Source of the DNA: a virus
Length of the DNA stretch: 64,000 nucleotides
IMG/VR virus record: IMGVR_UViG_3300014208_000005
Coordinates: 1 to 64,000 of that record
Direction: 5' to 3' (one strand)
The notes beneath the pieces were generated by a model, which searched no databases, was not told the origin of the DNA, and saw only the letters and a program-made list of their open reading frames with translations. Below, in pieces: positions 63,338-64,000 of this stretch; position 1 is the first letter of the stretch, and every line of letters starts with the position of its first letter. The position numbers were made by a program, and so were the translations under genes.

Positions 63338-64000
63338 GGAAAACAAGAGACGAATTAATAGTTGTTGCAGAACCTTGGGACAAACTTCATGAGAATCCTG
63401 TAAGGAACACTAAACATGATTATTTAAAGTTCATAAACTCAGCCGTGTTTTCAGAAGAAGCACGGCATTTTCTTAGATACGGGTATTACACAAGTGCTCA
63501 ATACGGAACTAAGGATTGGACTGATTATTGGGATGAACAGGAAGAACGATGTTTAGAAGGGTATTCTGTTGGAGGCGTAAGAATAACTGGAAGACATTAT
63601 TTTTTCCTCAATTTCTCGATGTTAAAAGCACGCCCCATTGACCCGGTAACAGGGTTGGAGAAGGATTCTAAAAAAATTATTACCTTCCCACGTTTTCTAG
63701 ATCATCAGTATTACTTGTTTCATGAGATTGAGGAGTGTTTTGCTGAGGGGCCTTACAAAGGACAGTCGTTGATAGGTATGATTATCGCGAAGGCTAGACG
63801 TAAAGGAATTTCTTTTGTCAACTCTGGAGGAATTATTTCATACAATTACAACTTCATTCCAGCCTCCCTAACTACCATCGCTGCCTACGAAGCAGTCCAC
63901 TACAATACATTATTGAATGGGACGCACTTTGTTCTTAATCATCTAAATAAAAACACAGACTGGGCTAAAAGACGTCAACGTGTTAATAGACGAGATCATT
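63334..64000 (+). CDS. terL: Terminase large subunit (5' part, truncated by the window end)
   Basis: Manual translation: YWDEQEERCLEGYSVGGVRITGRHYFFLNF...IIAKARRKGISF (Walker A-type); open to the window end. Confidence 0.85.
   Translation, partial: MRKTRDELIVVAEPWDKLHENPVRNTKHDYLKFINSAVFSEEARHFLRYGYYTSAQYGTKDWTDYWDEQEERCLEGYSVGGVRITGRHYFFLNFSMLKARPIDPVTGLEKDSKKIITFPRFLDHQYYLFHEIEECFAEGPYKGQSLIGMIIAKARRKGISFVNSGGIISYNYNFIPASLTTIAAYEAVHYNTLLNGTHFVLNHLNKNTDWAKRRQRVNRRDH

Noticed and set aside
1-64000. Stop-codon reassignment (TAG or TGA), known in some crAss-like clades
   Set aside because: Giant ORFs and all core genes are intact in code 11; TAG and TGA are used as real stops with coupled ATGA overlaps.
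1-64000. tRNA genes, CRISPR array, diversity-generating retroelement or retron
   Set aside because: No T-arm GGTTCGA-type cloverleaf, no repeat-spacer periodicity and no reverse transcriptase motifs seen by eye; tRNAscan-SE would be needed to be sure.

Overview
This window is about 64 kb of an AT-rich crAss-like (Crassvirales-type) phage genome with a probable Bacteroidota host, read in standard code 11. It has four blocks. (1) Plus-strand virion block (1-21.2 kb): the end of a tail protein gene, three putative cargo/ejection proteins, a 3625-aa virion RNA polymerase (zincin HEAWH plus DFDFD motif) and a 1665-aa nuclease-containing protein. It ends at a bidirectional terminator. (2) Minus-strand replication/early block (21.2-58.5 kb): RNA ligase, HAD phosphatase, a radical SAM enzyme with two ITNSST-motif partners, UNG, RecE-like exonuclease, ferritin, rIIB/rIIA, primase, SSB-like protein, AAA ATPase, DnaB-like helicase and PolA. 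These are followed by many small modular ORFs, including a six-member paralog family, and several structured intergenic RNAs. (3) Largely non-coding divergence region (57.0-59.2 kb) carrying phased arrays of CRP-like, IHF-like and other repeat sites. (4) Start of the plus-strand packaging block (59.2-64 kb): T5orf172 endonuclease, IHF/HU-like protein and partial TerL. Five Bacteroidota TTG-N20-TAnnTTTG promoters are visible. The best novelty candidates are the radical SAM + ITNSST module, the phased binding-site array, a hairpin RNA with an anti-start-codon loop, the modular paralog family, and an unannotated 38-aa RiPP-precursor-like ORF. All calls come from reading motifs by eye; no database search or folding calculation was run.
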